From the NCBI GenBank assembly GCA_000708835.1, contig DF237301.1, forward strand, positions 32,790 to 96,789: DNA of 64,000 nucleotides. The letters run 5' to 3'. How positions within the stretch are numbered: position 1 is the first letter of the stretch; the number at the start of each line of letters is the position of its first letter. Below, piece after piece: positions 12,001 through 25,730 of this stretch. Under the pieces are notes generated by a model that saw only the letters and a program-made list of their open reading frames with translations, searched no databases and was not told the DNA's origin. The DNA comes from Klebsormidium nitens. Taxonomy: Eukaryota > Plantae > Klebsormidiophyceae. A program made the translations under genes and the position numbers.

Positions 12001-15000
12001 CGCACCAACTGGAGAGCTTGACACTGGACTACTGCTGGACGCTAGCGGCGCTGGAGTTGGAGCTGTACCATCTGCAGAACGTCAGCCTTTTCAACTGTCG
12101 AATGTGAGCGCCGCGAGGTTTTAACTCCTCACCCGGGTTGATGTTCCAGGATAACGCGCTCTGTGATGCGACGAGTGACAGGGATTTCGGGAACGTTAAG
12201 GTGCTGTGGATGTAGAAGCGGAGGGGATCTGCGAATGCAGAACATCAGCACCTTACTTCAATCGAGTTGAACGGAGGTTTTCAAATGCAAGTCGGTCTGA
12301 CGAGTTGACGGCGAGTTAAGGTTACACCTCTGGTAACTTCTTCCAAATGAGCGCTCTTTGATATTGGGCAGCAACCGTTGGCATTGCCTTTCGTATGCTG
12401 CTGGCAACAGCCCTTGACAGACTCTTTAAACGCTAATTGTTCACTTGGATAGCTCGACCCGGCTGGAATATTTTTTGAGTCCGGGCCAAGACTTGTTGGC
12501 TCATAACATGGCAATCGGTTAGGTGATAACCGCCATCTATTGCAATCTTTGGCCGTCCCGCCTGTGGCCCACCCCCACTTCATGCAGTCATTGAAGGTGT
12601 ACTCGCAAGCCTTCAGACGTCTTTGATCCAGCGAAGTTTTCAACTCAACTAACGAGTATCTAAGCACAGAAACAAATTCTCGCCTCAAACCCCAGGCTGA
12701 AGTCATGTCAAACCGACTTTGAAACTTTGAATGGAAAAGTTCTGAAATGTCGAACTATTGCCAGGTTGTCGGACGTGAAGCTTCGCACCCCCCGTCTGTC
12801 CTCGCTCCGCCTCGACAGTTGCGGCGCGCTGCGGAAAGTCGACATCTACTCCGCCGAGCTGCGCGCGCTGGCCCTGCGGGGCCAGCCCTTCCTGCGGGAG
12901 GTGCGCCTACGTGGGCCGGAGCTGACGTCACTCGACCTCACCGAGTGCGACGGGCTGCACGAGCTGACGGGGGAGGCGTTCCTGGACCCGCAGGCGTGCC
13001 CCAAGATGACGTCACTCGTGTTGGACAACTGCGAGGTGAGAGGAGAGGCATGGTTGTGTACTTCGTGGGAATTTGGATATAGCTGGGCGAATGGGAGGGC
13101 TATCAGTGGGGTTTTTGAGGTCCAGGAACCTTTGAGAGGGGAGTCGATCCCGTCACACCAGATGAGCAATTCTTTCACCTTCACGTCCTTTCTTTGCTCC
13201 GTATTTTTGAATCTGATCGATCCAGAGTTCAATTCCATCGCGCCAGCGAGGTCACTCTAATATCAACGGCTCTTCTTCCAGGTACACGTCTTTTATTCTT
13301 TCCGTTTCATTTCGGCCCGTCTCATGTCCAAGAGTACGTGCACCAGCTATCAGACATCCACGTCTGCCACCCAGTCACATGATTCTTCTTCTTGCTTTCT
13401 GCAGAGTCTTTTCCTTTCTGTCATTTGCCTCGCTCTCCTTCGGTCCGTTCTCTCCTCTCCGATTGGTTCTGCCATTTCCTCCATAACTCCACCCTTACCC
13501 GTCTCCCCTGCTGGAGGGGCTTGTCTTATTAGGCCCTCGATTTCTTTTCGAATTTGCGCCTTTTCTTACCTTTGTGTCATCGTCGCTCACCATCCTATGT
13601 TCCTCCTCATGCCCTTGCTCGTCTCCGCTTATTCCACTTCATTCAGTTCTTGTACTGTCGCTTCATTCAAACGGTTCTTTCCTTCTTGTTTTATCCAATT
13701 TTATTCCCATTTTGCTCCATCTCAACCCTCGTCGTTTTTCCTTTTCTTCCTCCCCGCGGGGCCTAAGCCGCCTAAACCTCGCTTTCCCCTCCCTTGCGAG
13801 TTCTGTTTCTACTTTTGAATTCAAAAAACACACACGTTGTTATTTTCCCCAAGAGGACCAATATCCAGTCCGCCTCCCCCCCCCCCAATTTTCTTTCCTG
13901 TTTAGATCAGCTTTGCCCCTTCCCTACTCACATCCTCTACTTCTCGCAGGGCCTGACCCGCCTGACCCTTGCATCCCCCTCCCTCTCCCGCCTCTCCCTC
14001 GCCGGCTGCTCCGGCCTCAGCGCCGTCGACCTCGCCTGCCCCGCGCTGACGTCACTCGCCACCGACGGCTGCAACCGCCTCGCAACTGCGCGCCTGGCGC
14101 CCGTCGCGCTCGCTGACGTCAGCCTGGGCACGTGTCCCCACCTCGCATCACTCTGCATCCAGTCGGCGGAGCTCGCGGGGCTGGACTTACGCGGGTGCGG
14201 CGCGCTCGAGGGCGTGGAGCTGGACTGCCCGGCGATGACGCGCCTCGACACGTCATACTGCAGGTGGGGGCCCGCTTTTCAAAGTCAGTAGTGTGTCTTG
14301 GTATTTGAACGTCTTGATTTGAAGACAGACTTGGTGGATTTGACTTGCGCCAGGTGAGAGCTGCGGATTTGCAGAGTCGGGTTTTTCATGATTTCGCAAC
14401 CTTTCTCGTGAGTCCTTAGGTATCGCTAACTAAGTGTACCGCGAATTTCCCACGATGTGACACGTCAATTGTCTGCGCTCTCAATGGCCCCTTCTTCATA
14501 CGAGGAGTTTGAGGGCTCTTAAGCTTTATTGAAGCCTGCTTCTCAAACCAACAAAGTTTTCGACCATTACTGGTCTCCTGAGTTGCCCTTTAAGGTCCGC
14601 GAGCGATGATGACCATTTTTCGCTGACCTGAAGAGGCCAGAAAACGTTGTCGGTCTTGACGCTAAAGACCTTGGGCGAGTCTCAAACCGTACAAAACCTG
14701 CAGTGCGTTTGCTTGCTTAGCTACTGACTGGACTGCTCGTTTTGGACTGATGCAGTGCTGGCACCCAATTCAGCACCTTACTTTTTGCGTTTTCTTTTCG
14801 AGTACGACAATAGTCTGGATGCAGTCAGTAGGCTAATACTTTCACTTCCGCAACTTTTGCTATCTCAGCACGACGAATTGAGAGTAATGAAGGCAATAGC
14901 GCAGCAATTCTGTGCACTTCAGCCACTGCAGCTTCTTCCAGATTCTGCTGAGCGCCGAAGTCAGCGATCAAATCAGGGCATTGGTGCAGTCAGCGTTTGA

Positions 15001-18000
15001 GACTTTGATGGCGTTGGTTGACCCCGATATAGACTACGTTCTAGGGTTTATTTTGAATGGCGTGTCTTGACCACCACTAAGCCGCCTTTCTCCTTGTCAC
15101 CAAGCCAATCGTCTGCTTCCAATCGGAATCCCTACAGCTCGTTGCTCATCGTATCACAACCGCTGATTGCCAACTTTCTCCGTGGCTTTTGCCACTTCCC
15201 ATTTACCTTCTAGCATGTGCCAACACCCGTTTTAATGGAGATGCCTCTCAGACGAATCCGCATCTACTGGAACCAATCTCAAGCCGTAGATCTTGACGTA
15301 GCTGATCGGATTGTAGGGACAGTGCCTGCAAAAGTGTGTATTGGCGGTGATAGAGCAGCACACCGACGTGGCCAATGATGGTCAGCGCCATGGTGTGTGT
15401 CACGGATACAATTCTGCTTGCAAGCCCTTTCCCTTTGGCTGTGCAATGTGGCCCCTCCTGTTGCCATGGCGTAGAGAACTCACAGTCCTTCAACTGCTCA
15501 TCAAGGGAGCAGGGGAACCAATCTTTTTTTTCAAGGTCAAGCCTGCGCTGAGTGGTCTCCAGATAACTGACAATCTAGATGGTTCTACTGACATGTCGTG
15601 AGAGATTGCTACAAGGCGAAGCCGCCACTCCGGATGCTGACAAGCTCCGCGATAGAAGCGAGCTCGACAATCTGGTCCTGTTCTAAGTGTTCAGCTGTCT
15701 TTTAGTCTGCCTTGCACCCATTCTGTGGGGTCGGGGGGAGGCTACACTTGAATTGACGTCACACGATTTGGCCGTGAGAAAGCTGACACGACCTGACGAT
15801 CGAAACCCCAGTTTCCAGCCTTTGGATCTGCCACATCTACTATATCCACCAACACGTTACTATTTAGGAGGTGAAAGAGGTGAAAGAGCTCTTGGGACCG
15901 ATTCCAACATGTCTTTCTTAAGGTCCGGGCAACGCGGATGCGCTTGAAGAATGACCAACTGTCCCTCTTGAGGTAGTGCAGCGTCAAGTTTCACAGAGCC
16001 TGGTGGCGCAGATTACGCCCGGCACAGGCGATAAAGCTCTGCAAGGGCTGATTGATCTCGACGCTTGTGCTGACTATGGTCCAGTTTTGTCGGTCGTAGC
16101 GACTCTGCCTGCTTGACATCCGAAGTCTTCTGTCTGCGTGCTTTGCATGTTGAAACCCCAGATAAATGTTGAAGAGATAACAACGAACCAAGGACCAGTC
16201 ATTACTGGAAGATCATGCTGAAGTTCTTCACTTTGTTGGTGGCACTTCCAATCTCCTCTTGCAGCCAGACTGTTTTTGGCGGACTAGTGAGTCACTGTAT
16301 GAAGCTGCTTTGGCCATGATAAAGCTACGACGTGGCCTCCTCAAAATCCATGTGTATGCCACTCAAAATGCCAAAATCACATCGGCGCAGCTATAAAATC
16401 CCCTCTGGCACCACCGACACTAGCTTCTTCTGCTTTCTGTACTGACGTCAAGCTGAATGAGCGCTTCCTCGACTGCCCCCTTGTCTCGATTTTTGTTATC
16501 AGAACACTTCTCTCAACCCAACTTCCTTCAAATTGGTCTTCACAAACTTTTTTGCCCAGAGTTTCATGGAATGTTTTAGGCTGTTGTGAAAGTCTTCCGA
16601 GTTTGGAGCTCTTGGAAGGTCATTCTCGGGCAACCTTGGCCATGACGACAAGGCCGCCTGGCTTCCGTTGAGGTCAATCGAGCTTGCCACCGAGCCAATC
16701 AAAGAAAACGTCACCTTCGACCGTTCATCAAGAGTGCCGTAAGGAAACATGGAATTGGCCAGTCCAATAGGGCAAAGTCTGAAATGACTCTTGTGGAACC
16801 TGACTGCCGAGCAGTCAGTATATCACTGGGTATGAACCTTATTGTGCGAAGCGAAGGCAAGATCGGCGTCAAAAGATCTACGTCACTGTCTTCGCACCAC
16901 TCTGCTCCAGTGTGGGACTTCAAGGAGCGGTAGAATCTTCTGCACTGCGCTTGAGGACCTGGAAAACAGAACGTACGTAATGAAAGGCGGTTCTGATTGC
17001 AAGCTCAAAACGGGCGTCAAGGCGGCTGTTGATGTTCAAGACACTTCCGACTGCCTTTGAATGATACAGCAACAATCCTTACCTGGGCCGACTTGCTCGT
17101 CACCAATATATACCGACATTTGTTCCGCTTGTCGTGTTTATGCATTGTCTGCCCAGTACTCTGCAAGCTCGGTTTGAATTACGTGGGCTTTGCTCCACGT
17201 CAGCCATTTGCACAGGTCAGGTTGCACCAGTCAGGATTTGTCACTTTGTTCTCGAGAGGAGGTCCCATCCAAACCGAGGGACGTTGCGGTCGTTCAAATA
17301 CGACAATGTTGCATCCCCTTACCCACAACAGTTGATCTGCTCTTTTTCGGCATGCAGACTACCGTCAATATAACGAGAAACAAATCCGCGTTGGTCGTGA
17401 TAAAACAGCACGGCTGAGGTGGCCACTCAGCCTTCCCTCTATGAACCACATCTAAAATCTAATGTGCTACTGTGCTGTTCCTCTCCTGAATCGGCCCACT
17501 TTTGTGCAGACAAATGAAGTTAACGGTGCGGCCGTTTTCTGCTCTGTTGTTGGTGCAATAAAAAGCAGATCCGTTGACAAGAGCATACAGAGGACTCACG
17601 CTTCCCTTGTATGTAATGCGAAACCTGTTAGTTCCACTTTCTGTCCACGAGGCTGGAAGCGACCGTCGTAAGGGGTCGGTAAGCGAGGACTCAACCGCGT
17701 TAAAACGGGCTCGTCAAGAAACTTCGTGGAGCTCTGGTAGCGACTTTTGAAGCCGGACGTGCCTGGGTGTCTACCTCTGACCGGCCCCCTTGAGCCGCGA
17801 AGACCCCGCCTTTGCTGTCGCAGGTGCTCTATGATGCCGGTGGTTGTGATTTTGATAACCTGCTGAGGAAGAAGCACCTGGGAGCAGGTCCTCGGCTCCT
17901 TTGCCTTTCCGTCTGGTAGGTTATCCTTTTGGAAGACTTTGATTCTGGCCATGACAACTCTTTTGCCTGTCCTGACGGAGGCAATGAACATTGACGACCA

Positions 18001-21000
18001 GATTTGAGCCACACTGTATGTTCAAACGTCCCTTTCCAAGCTGCCAGTGTTTGCTCTTATCCTGGTCTGGATACTGTTCACACCTGCAAAACTACTGATT
18101 TGCGTTGAGTAAGTGACCAGAACACAAGGGCTATGATGTCACCTTGGAGAGGTCAGGCAGAATGGTGCAAACCTTTGATGCCGAGTCGCGTCGACTGTTC
18201 TTGGCAGAGCCATCTAGAGGAGTCTACCATCGCTCACCTTTCAAGTTGTGTTGCAGCGGAAGCATCCCTTGTTCTCATTTCGCGAGATAGCTCCCGTACC
18301 GGTCTTCACCAGTACGTTAAGCCTTCACTTGGAATGTGATTTAAGTTATTCTGAATGTCCAACATTCAGGGATGAGAGGCTGATGGACCAAAGCTACCGC
18401 ACGTGACACCAAATGCTATTGCCTGTAAGCGCTGAGCTCTCGACTTCTATGCTCACTTTGATCAGAATCGTTCAAATCTCAAGGCACGCTCGAACTCAAG
18501 ACCCAAAGAACTTGTGAGCTCCGGCAAACGAAGCTAAATTTTGGTCTGTCAGTGAAACTTGGACACCTCTGAAATAGGTCGGGGTTCGAGCGTGGATCCT
18601 GCAGCTTCTTGCGATCCAATTGCCGCGTGTTTTCTTGACCCATCGAGCTGGTCTGGTTTGGTTTGATGAGCAATTTTGTTTCGACAGTTGAAGTAAGCCA
18701 CGTTTGCATGACGGTAAAGTCGACACTTCGCAATGCGTTTCGGCCGTGACAAATCGTAAGCGCTCACGTTGGCCTTTCCTGGCCACTGTTGAGCTCGTCT
18801 ATGAGCCATTTCCGGCCTTTCTTTGATCTGGTTGGTACGAACTTTTTTTATCGGGTGTCCACAAGCAACACGACCTTTGTTGCTCTGACGATGATGGTGC
18901 TTCGTGAGCTCTTTGATCGTCCTCTGCCGAGATTGGACTCAGAGTTCGGATTGAAATTCTCGCGACGTCACATGTCCTTTGTCCATCACTTTTGCGCTGC
19001 CGTTTGCTTTTCACGGCGCGGTAGGTTTTTGTAGAGGCGATCTGGAGATATGTTTTCGATCCTCCAATGGCTGTGTACCAGCAGCCCTTATAGGCTGAAA
19101 TCTTGAAATCTTGATGAACGAGTAGGCGTCGCTTTTCTTAAGAAGCCAACCCAACGTGCTACCGGCTCGTCTTTTTCAACCTCAGATGCTCATGGCTCAT
19201 TACCCCGCTTTACTGGTCGGATTCTGTTGAACGATGACAAGGGCTTTGCCAATACGTCATTTTAAAGACACGTCGCCATGGCATGCCTTGGTACTGTCAA
19301 CCGTTGATCTAAAGGTCGTTCAAATCACGACTGGTTTTTGCATCCTTGAGAAGCGGCCGCCGGGTCCTTGAATTGGTAATGACATAGCACATGCCGGGCA
19401 TGCTAGGGGCCAAGATTTGGTTCAGAGCCAGTAGTGATGCCAGTTCAGAGATTCTCGGACGAGGCCTGGTTTGAAGGGCGGTGTGGTCCCGCGTAGGGAG
19501 ACTGAATCCGTCGAGCGCATGGTGAACGACAAGAGTGGCACTCTTTCAATTATCCAAGGCGATGATGGTAGGCGATGATGGCTACCGTTACTGACCACCT
19601 GAGGTCACAAAGAGGGATCTTACGGATGCCAGAATTCTTATCCTTTTTGAAATAGCATGTTTGCGACTTCCAAAACAAATCGAGGGCCATGTAGTACAGG
19701 TCCATCTGAGACGTGGCACTGCGGTCACCTCGCGTTTCCGAAATGATGAACTGGTGATCCTTGGTAGATTTGCATCACTCCGAAAGACGTGCAAACGTGA
19801 TGTTGAGCTTCTGAGGAAGCGCCCCCTCGGGCCTCCAGCGAGTGCCGTTCTGCTTCAGACTTCTACTTCTGCCAGGCTGTTTTTGTGACGGCGTGCTCAG
19901 TAACAGCTGGCAATAAAGACAGCTCCTGATAGGCCTTCCTCGGGCCAGCACAAGTTGCAGATGGCCACGTCGCCGATTCGTTTCTCTTAAGCCGAGAACG
20001 GGGTTGTTCAACGAGCGCTCAGCCTACCGAATGCGTCATATCAGTCGTCGGTTATGAAACCTGGACACGAATGGGCAACAGGGCGGCACAGCGGTTGCTA
20101 CACGTTGCGGTGGTGCTGAGCATCTTTCGAACTGCCCCTCGCTTTTGTCCTGGAAGAATCTACTGGGTGGACACTTCTCCGTTATTTTGGGTCGGAGTGC
20201 GTTGTTTGGAAAAAGTCGGGGGCTGTTTTAGGCAATGAAATCGCTCAGCCATGATCGTGTTTGCGTGGTTCTGAAAGCCGTTGCGTTTAAAATCAACAGC
20301 ATGGCTAAATAGAGTTGTCAAACAAGTTTCTAGCACCCTGTTCCTATAACAGAACGGTCCAGATTCAACGTCCTACTCCTGGACAATTGTCAAAGGAAAG
20401 AGGCATTGCGTTCCGAGATTATGTGCCTGACTGATGACATCCAAACGGAACTTTTTCCTTAAGCCTTCGTTTTTCTTACTATTTCATTCTGCAAGTGCTT
20501 ATCCCAGCGACATGGTCCCCATATCACGGTCGATTGGACAGAAAGGGAAGCGTTTGTTTGTATATGTTAAGTCTGAAAACAATCCTTTAACCAAATGCCT
20601 GCATTCTTAACATCCTGTTCCTGGTGCTAATAAACGGACTTCAAAATAGACTCCCTTAGGGCAGAGGCCCCCTCTGTTAACATGGCTTCCCTCCGTCTTT
20701 ATTTAGGCTGAACCACTGATTAATTCTCTCTCCTCTATTGCAGCAAGCTGAGCAGTTTGTCGCTGGCCCCAATGGCCGCCAAGTGTCGCGCCCTGAGCAC
20801 GCTGGTCCTGGCGGGTGCCGTCGTTTCATTGGACGGTCTCATGGCGCTGTCCGAACTGAAGAACCTGTCTAGACTGGACCTCTCCTACACAGAGATTGAG
20901 AGCCTCGAGCCAATCTTCTCTGCGTGCACGCAGCTGAAGGTGGGTGTCGTCTTGGTTAGGCTTTTAGGGTCAGGCTATAAGTCCTTGTCTCAACTCTGGC

Positions 21001-23314
21001 AGATTATCAACCCTTGCGATGGCTTGAGGGAAGGCGAGCGCTTCATTGCCTGCCTAGAACCTGTTTGTAGTCTCGTCAGTGGGCTTGTTCATCTCGGAGG
21101 GTTTGAGTAGGATCTGCTGATTTTATCAGGTCAATGACGTGCTCGGTTCAGGACTCTTGAGCTTGCATATCTCTTGCGTACTTACGAGGGTCGTTTGCGA
21201 AGTAGACGAGTTTCATTGTGTGCTTCGTGGCCTGCTTCGAGCATCTTTGAGAGCTTTTTGGAGGGGCAATGGCGCATTCACATAAGGTGCTGAATTGTCA
21301 GCCCGAAAATCTGGTGCTTGCCCACAACAAGTCAGCCAAAGCTCCTTATACTGGCTCTCCTCGACCTTCTCCGACGAAAGTGAGACATGTTTTGAATGTG
21401 ATTTGACATGTCCTTTGAAATGCAGGCTCTCCTCCTATCGGCCTGCAAGCGCCTCCCCGACGCTGCGTTGACGCCCCTCCACTTCGGCCTTCGCCTACCG
21501 CTTCTTGAGGAGCTCGACGTCTCCTATTGCAACCTGAGCGCCGGAGCAGTGGGCGAGCTTTTGGCTCGGGCGCCCCACATTGCCCGGTTCAGCTTCAACG
21601 GCTGTTCCAAGCTGGACGACTCCATCTGGGACCGGCTGGCCGAGCCGCCGGAGGGATCCCCCAAGCAGAGAGACGAGCGCCCAGGGAATTGCTTCGAGCA
21701 AAGAGACCAGCGCTCTGGGGAATCCCCCGAGCAAGGAGACGAGCGCCCAGGAGGACCCCCCGAGCAGAGAGACGAGCACCCGGGGGTTGCTACCGGGCAG
21801 CAGCAGGGTGGGTTGGAGCACCCGAGGGACGGGAGCAAAAAAATCGCGAGCGAACCCCTGACGTGCCCCCCGGCACCGAGGGTCCTGGGGGATCCCTCGG
21901 AGGAAAGCCCCGGGCGCTCTGAGGGATTATTCGTCGGGGTGATGGGCAGCCCGGGCAAAGTGGCCAAGCGCCTGAGGGAGGTGAACCTGGGCGACGGGAA
22001 CGGAGGTAGGGGCGAGGTTAGGCAGCGCAAGCTGACCACGCAGGAGATGACGTCATTCGAGAACACGTTGGTCAGGCACCCGTTCACACTGGACGAAGGG
22101 GCGGGGAAGCGCCCGGTAGAAAGGATGACGGCGCTCGAGAGCCCCGGGGGGGAGAAAGCGGAGGGAGCAGAAAAACCTAGCGTTGCTGCGACGGACCTTT
22201 CGGCAGTGGCGCAGGATTCCACTGTTTCACACTCGCGCTTCCTTGGACCTTCCGCAGAGATCCCCGAGATCCCCGTTGCAGAAGCTCAGGTTGAAGAACT
22301 TCAAAGCAGAGAGTCCCAAAGCGACGAACTTCAAAGTGATGAGCCCCAGATTGGCGGAGACCCAATGGAGTTCGAGCACCCGCGTCGCATGCTGACGTCA
22401 CTCAGCCTGGTGGGCTGCAACGGGCTGCGCTCGGTGCGGCTAGAGACGTGCCCCGAGCTGACGGATTTGAACGCGTCGCTCTGCGGAAACGTACGGCAGG
22501 CGCGGGTGACGTGTCCGAAGCTCGTGCAGCTGAACCTGAGCCAGTGCGGACGGCTGACGGCTGCGGCGGTCCAGTGTTCGACTCTGCGGACGCTGAATAT
22601 ACAGGTAAGGGAGTGGCTTATTGTAACACTCGGTGACGGTGTGCCGCTGAAAGAGAGGCAGTCGAGCAAAAGGACAGATCGCTGGAAAGAAACTTGGTAC
22701 TTAAGGACCGTACGGAGCGCTGTGATGGTGCCATGTCTCTTCGTGTGCGCACAGGAGCACATGCTGCCTTGCTTGATATTTCTGGTTGGGAATTGAAGAT
22801 CTGGGGGCCAATAAATTGTGCGCATCATTGCATCGTTGTTGCAACATTTATGAATCACAGGATAAATTTGGAAAGAAGGGGATGAGAAGCCTACTCCTTC
22901 GGCGGCTGAGCAGGAATTCTCGTAAAAGTATCCAATCTGGCATTCTTATCTGGGACAACAAGCAATTGTTGCGCCGGTTTTTGTGTCTCCAGCGAAGGCT
23001 AATATCCGATCGATTCAATTTGCGCACTGAAGAAAGTCTGCTAGAGTATCTCAACCTCAATGAGGTCCACTACAAGGCGCCGAAGACATTCCCTCGTCTC
23101 GGGTAAGTACGTAAGATTCTCACTGACTGTCCACACATATCTTTTGCAGGGTTGCCAGCTGGACGACTCCGAGGTTCTGGGCATGGCCCGCGGGTGCCCG
23201 GCGCTCGAGACCTTGGACGTCCGTTCTTGTGTCCGAATGCGTTCGGACGACACGGTCAGGACCGTCCGAGAACTGTGCCCGGGCATCAGGCGGCTTCACT
23301 GCGACGCCCACTGA
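9045..23314 (+). CDS. FBL15: F-box/LRR-repeat protein 15 (SLOMO) homolog, ~1096 aa; exons 9045-9441, 10011-10113, 10606-10768, 11158-11472, 11916-12103, 12765-13035, 13950-14263, 20744-20939, 21426-22604, 23150-23314
   Basis: The F-box DLTQDLLYKVFSHLD...VCRQW...HEDFW and the run of Cys-containing LRRs (e.g. LDLSYTEIESLEPIFSACTQLK) match plant FBL15 as I recall it. Ten GT-AG exons join in phase to the stop at 23312-23314. A probable 5'UTR intron spans 8089-8929. Confidence 0.9.
21663..21794 (+). repeat. Coding minisatellite, 4 x 33 bp (11-aa unit EQRDERPGxxP), in FBL15 exon 9
   Basis: Units start at 21663, 21696, 21729 and 21762 and share (G/A)AGCA(G/A)(A/G)GAGAC(G/C)AGC(G/A)C. Confidence 0.85.
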
Positions 23315-24904
23315 CCGGGGCGTTCTGCCCTTAGGAGGACTGGGGCAGAAGAGTAACAGGCCGGAAAATGGGGGTGCGATGGCTGTGCTCATTGAGCGCA
23401 GACTTACCAGGGAGAATACTGGTCTGGACCGGTGGTGTCTGACATTGTCGGAATTGATTGTTTGGGGGGGTGGGCAAGGGGAATGAATAGAGCTCTCAGC
23501 AGCTTTAAGAAAGATTCTGAAACATCAAACATTTGAAAAGTAAAGCTCGGTACTAAGAGATGTTGTATGTGGGCGACGATTGAAGATTGTTAGAAATAAG
23601 TAAGGTGACTCCCTATGGAGGTTTAGAGGTGGTGGGTTTCGACGCAACAAAGGACAGAGTCCGGTGCTAGGCAACCAAAGGCCCGAGAAGCGCGTAGTAT
23701 TCGCAAAAAGCGGCCATAGTAAGAGGGTTTGCGAAGTTGTTGCACCAGCCTTTGCTTGAGGGCATTGGCTCATATGGACGTTGTCGAAGGAAAGCATCTG
23801 CATGTGACAGCCATCAGTGCCGGCAAAGACTTCTTGCTCGGCCAGATGTAGCGCAAGTACGTAATGCCATGTAGACCGTGCATCTTGGGGTTGATTGGGA
23901 TTTGGGAACTGGTCTTAGGAATTGGCGCCCTTGATAACTATAACGTGACAAGAAGTTGCTGAAATCGAATTGAAGTCGGTGTGGATTGGATATTCTTTTC
24001 GTTTAGTCCCCATTCATCGGTGTGATGAAAGCCGATCTCGATGGCCGTCCGAGACTCATCACGTGCATGGCCCGTACCCACAATGATTGGATCAGAAGGA
24101 GACGTTTTTAAGCTCGTGGGTGCATTATAAGAAGCTTTCATGCGGCATTCCGCTTTCTTGAACTTGTCCCCGCGAGCAATCATGTACGTAAGCCAAGGTC
24201 GATAGAAAAAGATTCGTTTTGCAGCTAACTGGAGCCCCCTCGAATTTGAGGTATGTCAGTGCCCCACTTCCTCTCAGCACCAGAGCTTTATATTGAGCCA
24301 GCGCCCTTGTCCAGTCAAAGACAAAGACCGGAAACATCCTGCCAGATATATCTTCTGGATTGCCGTGCAAGATCCGAATTGTGGAGCCTGAGCTGGTCCT
24401 TGACTCATGCAGCTTCGGCCGAACGCGTGAAGTTGAGTAGACCAGTTTGATGAACCAAATCGTTATCCGATGGCATGATCGAACAGACTCACCAATTGTA
24501 TCGTGGCGCCTTGGTATCATAGAGAGAACTCATCGCTAGCTCGGGATCGATCGATCGAGTGCCTGATCGACGAGCCTGTTGCAAAGTGAGCACCATGAAA
24601 TGGGCCTTGCTTCTCTAAATTGCGTGTGTACAAATATATTGCTGATTCTCTATGTACTCGTAAGACCAACCACTCATTGCCAGGCAGGTGCGAGTTTAAG
24701 TTTGCTATCTTGATCCATTGGTGCAAGTTTGAGAGTTGATATCTTGATGTCTGTCCTTCCACGAAACTTTCGAACTTGCACCGAGAGGTGCTAGACATCG
24801 ATGGGCTGTTTTCCACACGCGTCGATCCCAAGAGGAGCGAGCTTCTTATCTAGGCTGGAAGACGAGGCAGGTCGGAAGAAGAGGAGACTCAATTCGAAGC
24901 TAGC

Positions 24905-25642
24905 CCGTATAATATTAAGGTCGAACTTCCCTTATTCGCAGAATCAAAACCCTATTACCCGTGGAACGGAAATGTGAAGACGTCTTCACGCATATCTCAT
25001 GCTTCGCTCCATCTTTTTGAGATCCGTCTTTTGCACATGAAAGGATACATCAAAAGGTACCTCGTAAGGCTTAGTCGGCAAAAACCAATAGCTCTAAGTA
25101 CCTGCCATGACGTGGCCAAAACATGCGTTTCTGGGCGTTTTCGAGCAGGCACCGAGAACGCGNNNNNNNNNNNNNNNNNNNNNNNNNNNNNNNNNNNNNN
25201 NNNNNNNNNNNNNNNNNNNNNNNNNNNNNNNNNNNNNNNNNNNNNNNNNNNNNNNNNNNNNNNNNNNNNNNNNNNNNNNNNNNNNNNNNNNNNNNNNNNN
25301 NNNNNNNNNNNNNNNNNNNNNNNNNNNNNNNNNNNNNNNNNNNNNNNNNNNNNNNNNNNNNNNNNNNNNNNNNNNNNNNGGCGTTCTCGGTGCCTGCTCG
25401 AAAACGCCCAGAAACGCATGTTTTGGCCACGTCATGGCAGGTACTTAGAGCTATTGGTTTTTGCCGACTAAGCCTTACGAGGTACCTTTTGATGTATCCT
25501 TTCATGTGCAAAAGACGGATCTCAAAAAGATGGAGCGAAGCATGAGATATGCATGAAGACGTCTTCACATTTCTAACATTTCCGTTCCACGGGTAATAGG
25601 GTTTTGATTTTGGCGAATAAGGGAAGTTCGACCTTAATACGG
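24905..25642. mobile_element. Foldback/MITE-like element with ~250-bp inverted arms around an assembly gap
   Basis: 24913-25162 is the reverse complement of 25380-25639, with a few substitutions and one 8-bp indel. The centre 25163-25379 is N. Confidence 0.65.
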
Positions 25643-25730
25643 TGTTCTCGCGCTCAACTCGCGCTCAACACCCTACCGTGGCGGAGCTCCGGTGCAGCAG
25701 ATTAAAAGCAGAACCGTCTATTGCCAGCAT

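Noticed and set aside
12281-12706. 141-aa minus-strand ORF in FBL15 intron 5
   Set aside because: No recognisable domain or transposon motif; not supportable as a gene.
13260-13945. Overlapping 164-180-aa ORFs
   Set aside because: Result from a stop-poor pyrimidine-rich intron tract.
21495-22858. Minus-strand ORFs of 108-232 aa
   Set aside because: Antisense to FBL15 exon 9; no independent motifs or splice support.
23500-24830. Possible decayed gene fragments on the minus strand (e.g. ...DESRTAIEIGFHH...)
   Set aside because: Fragments are short, in different frames, and match no family I can name.
24974-25568. ORFs of 113-165 aa around the first gap
   Set aside because: Artefacts of translating through N runs within inverted repeats.
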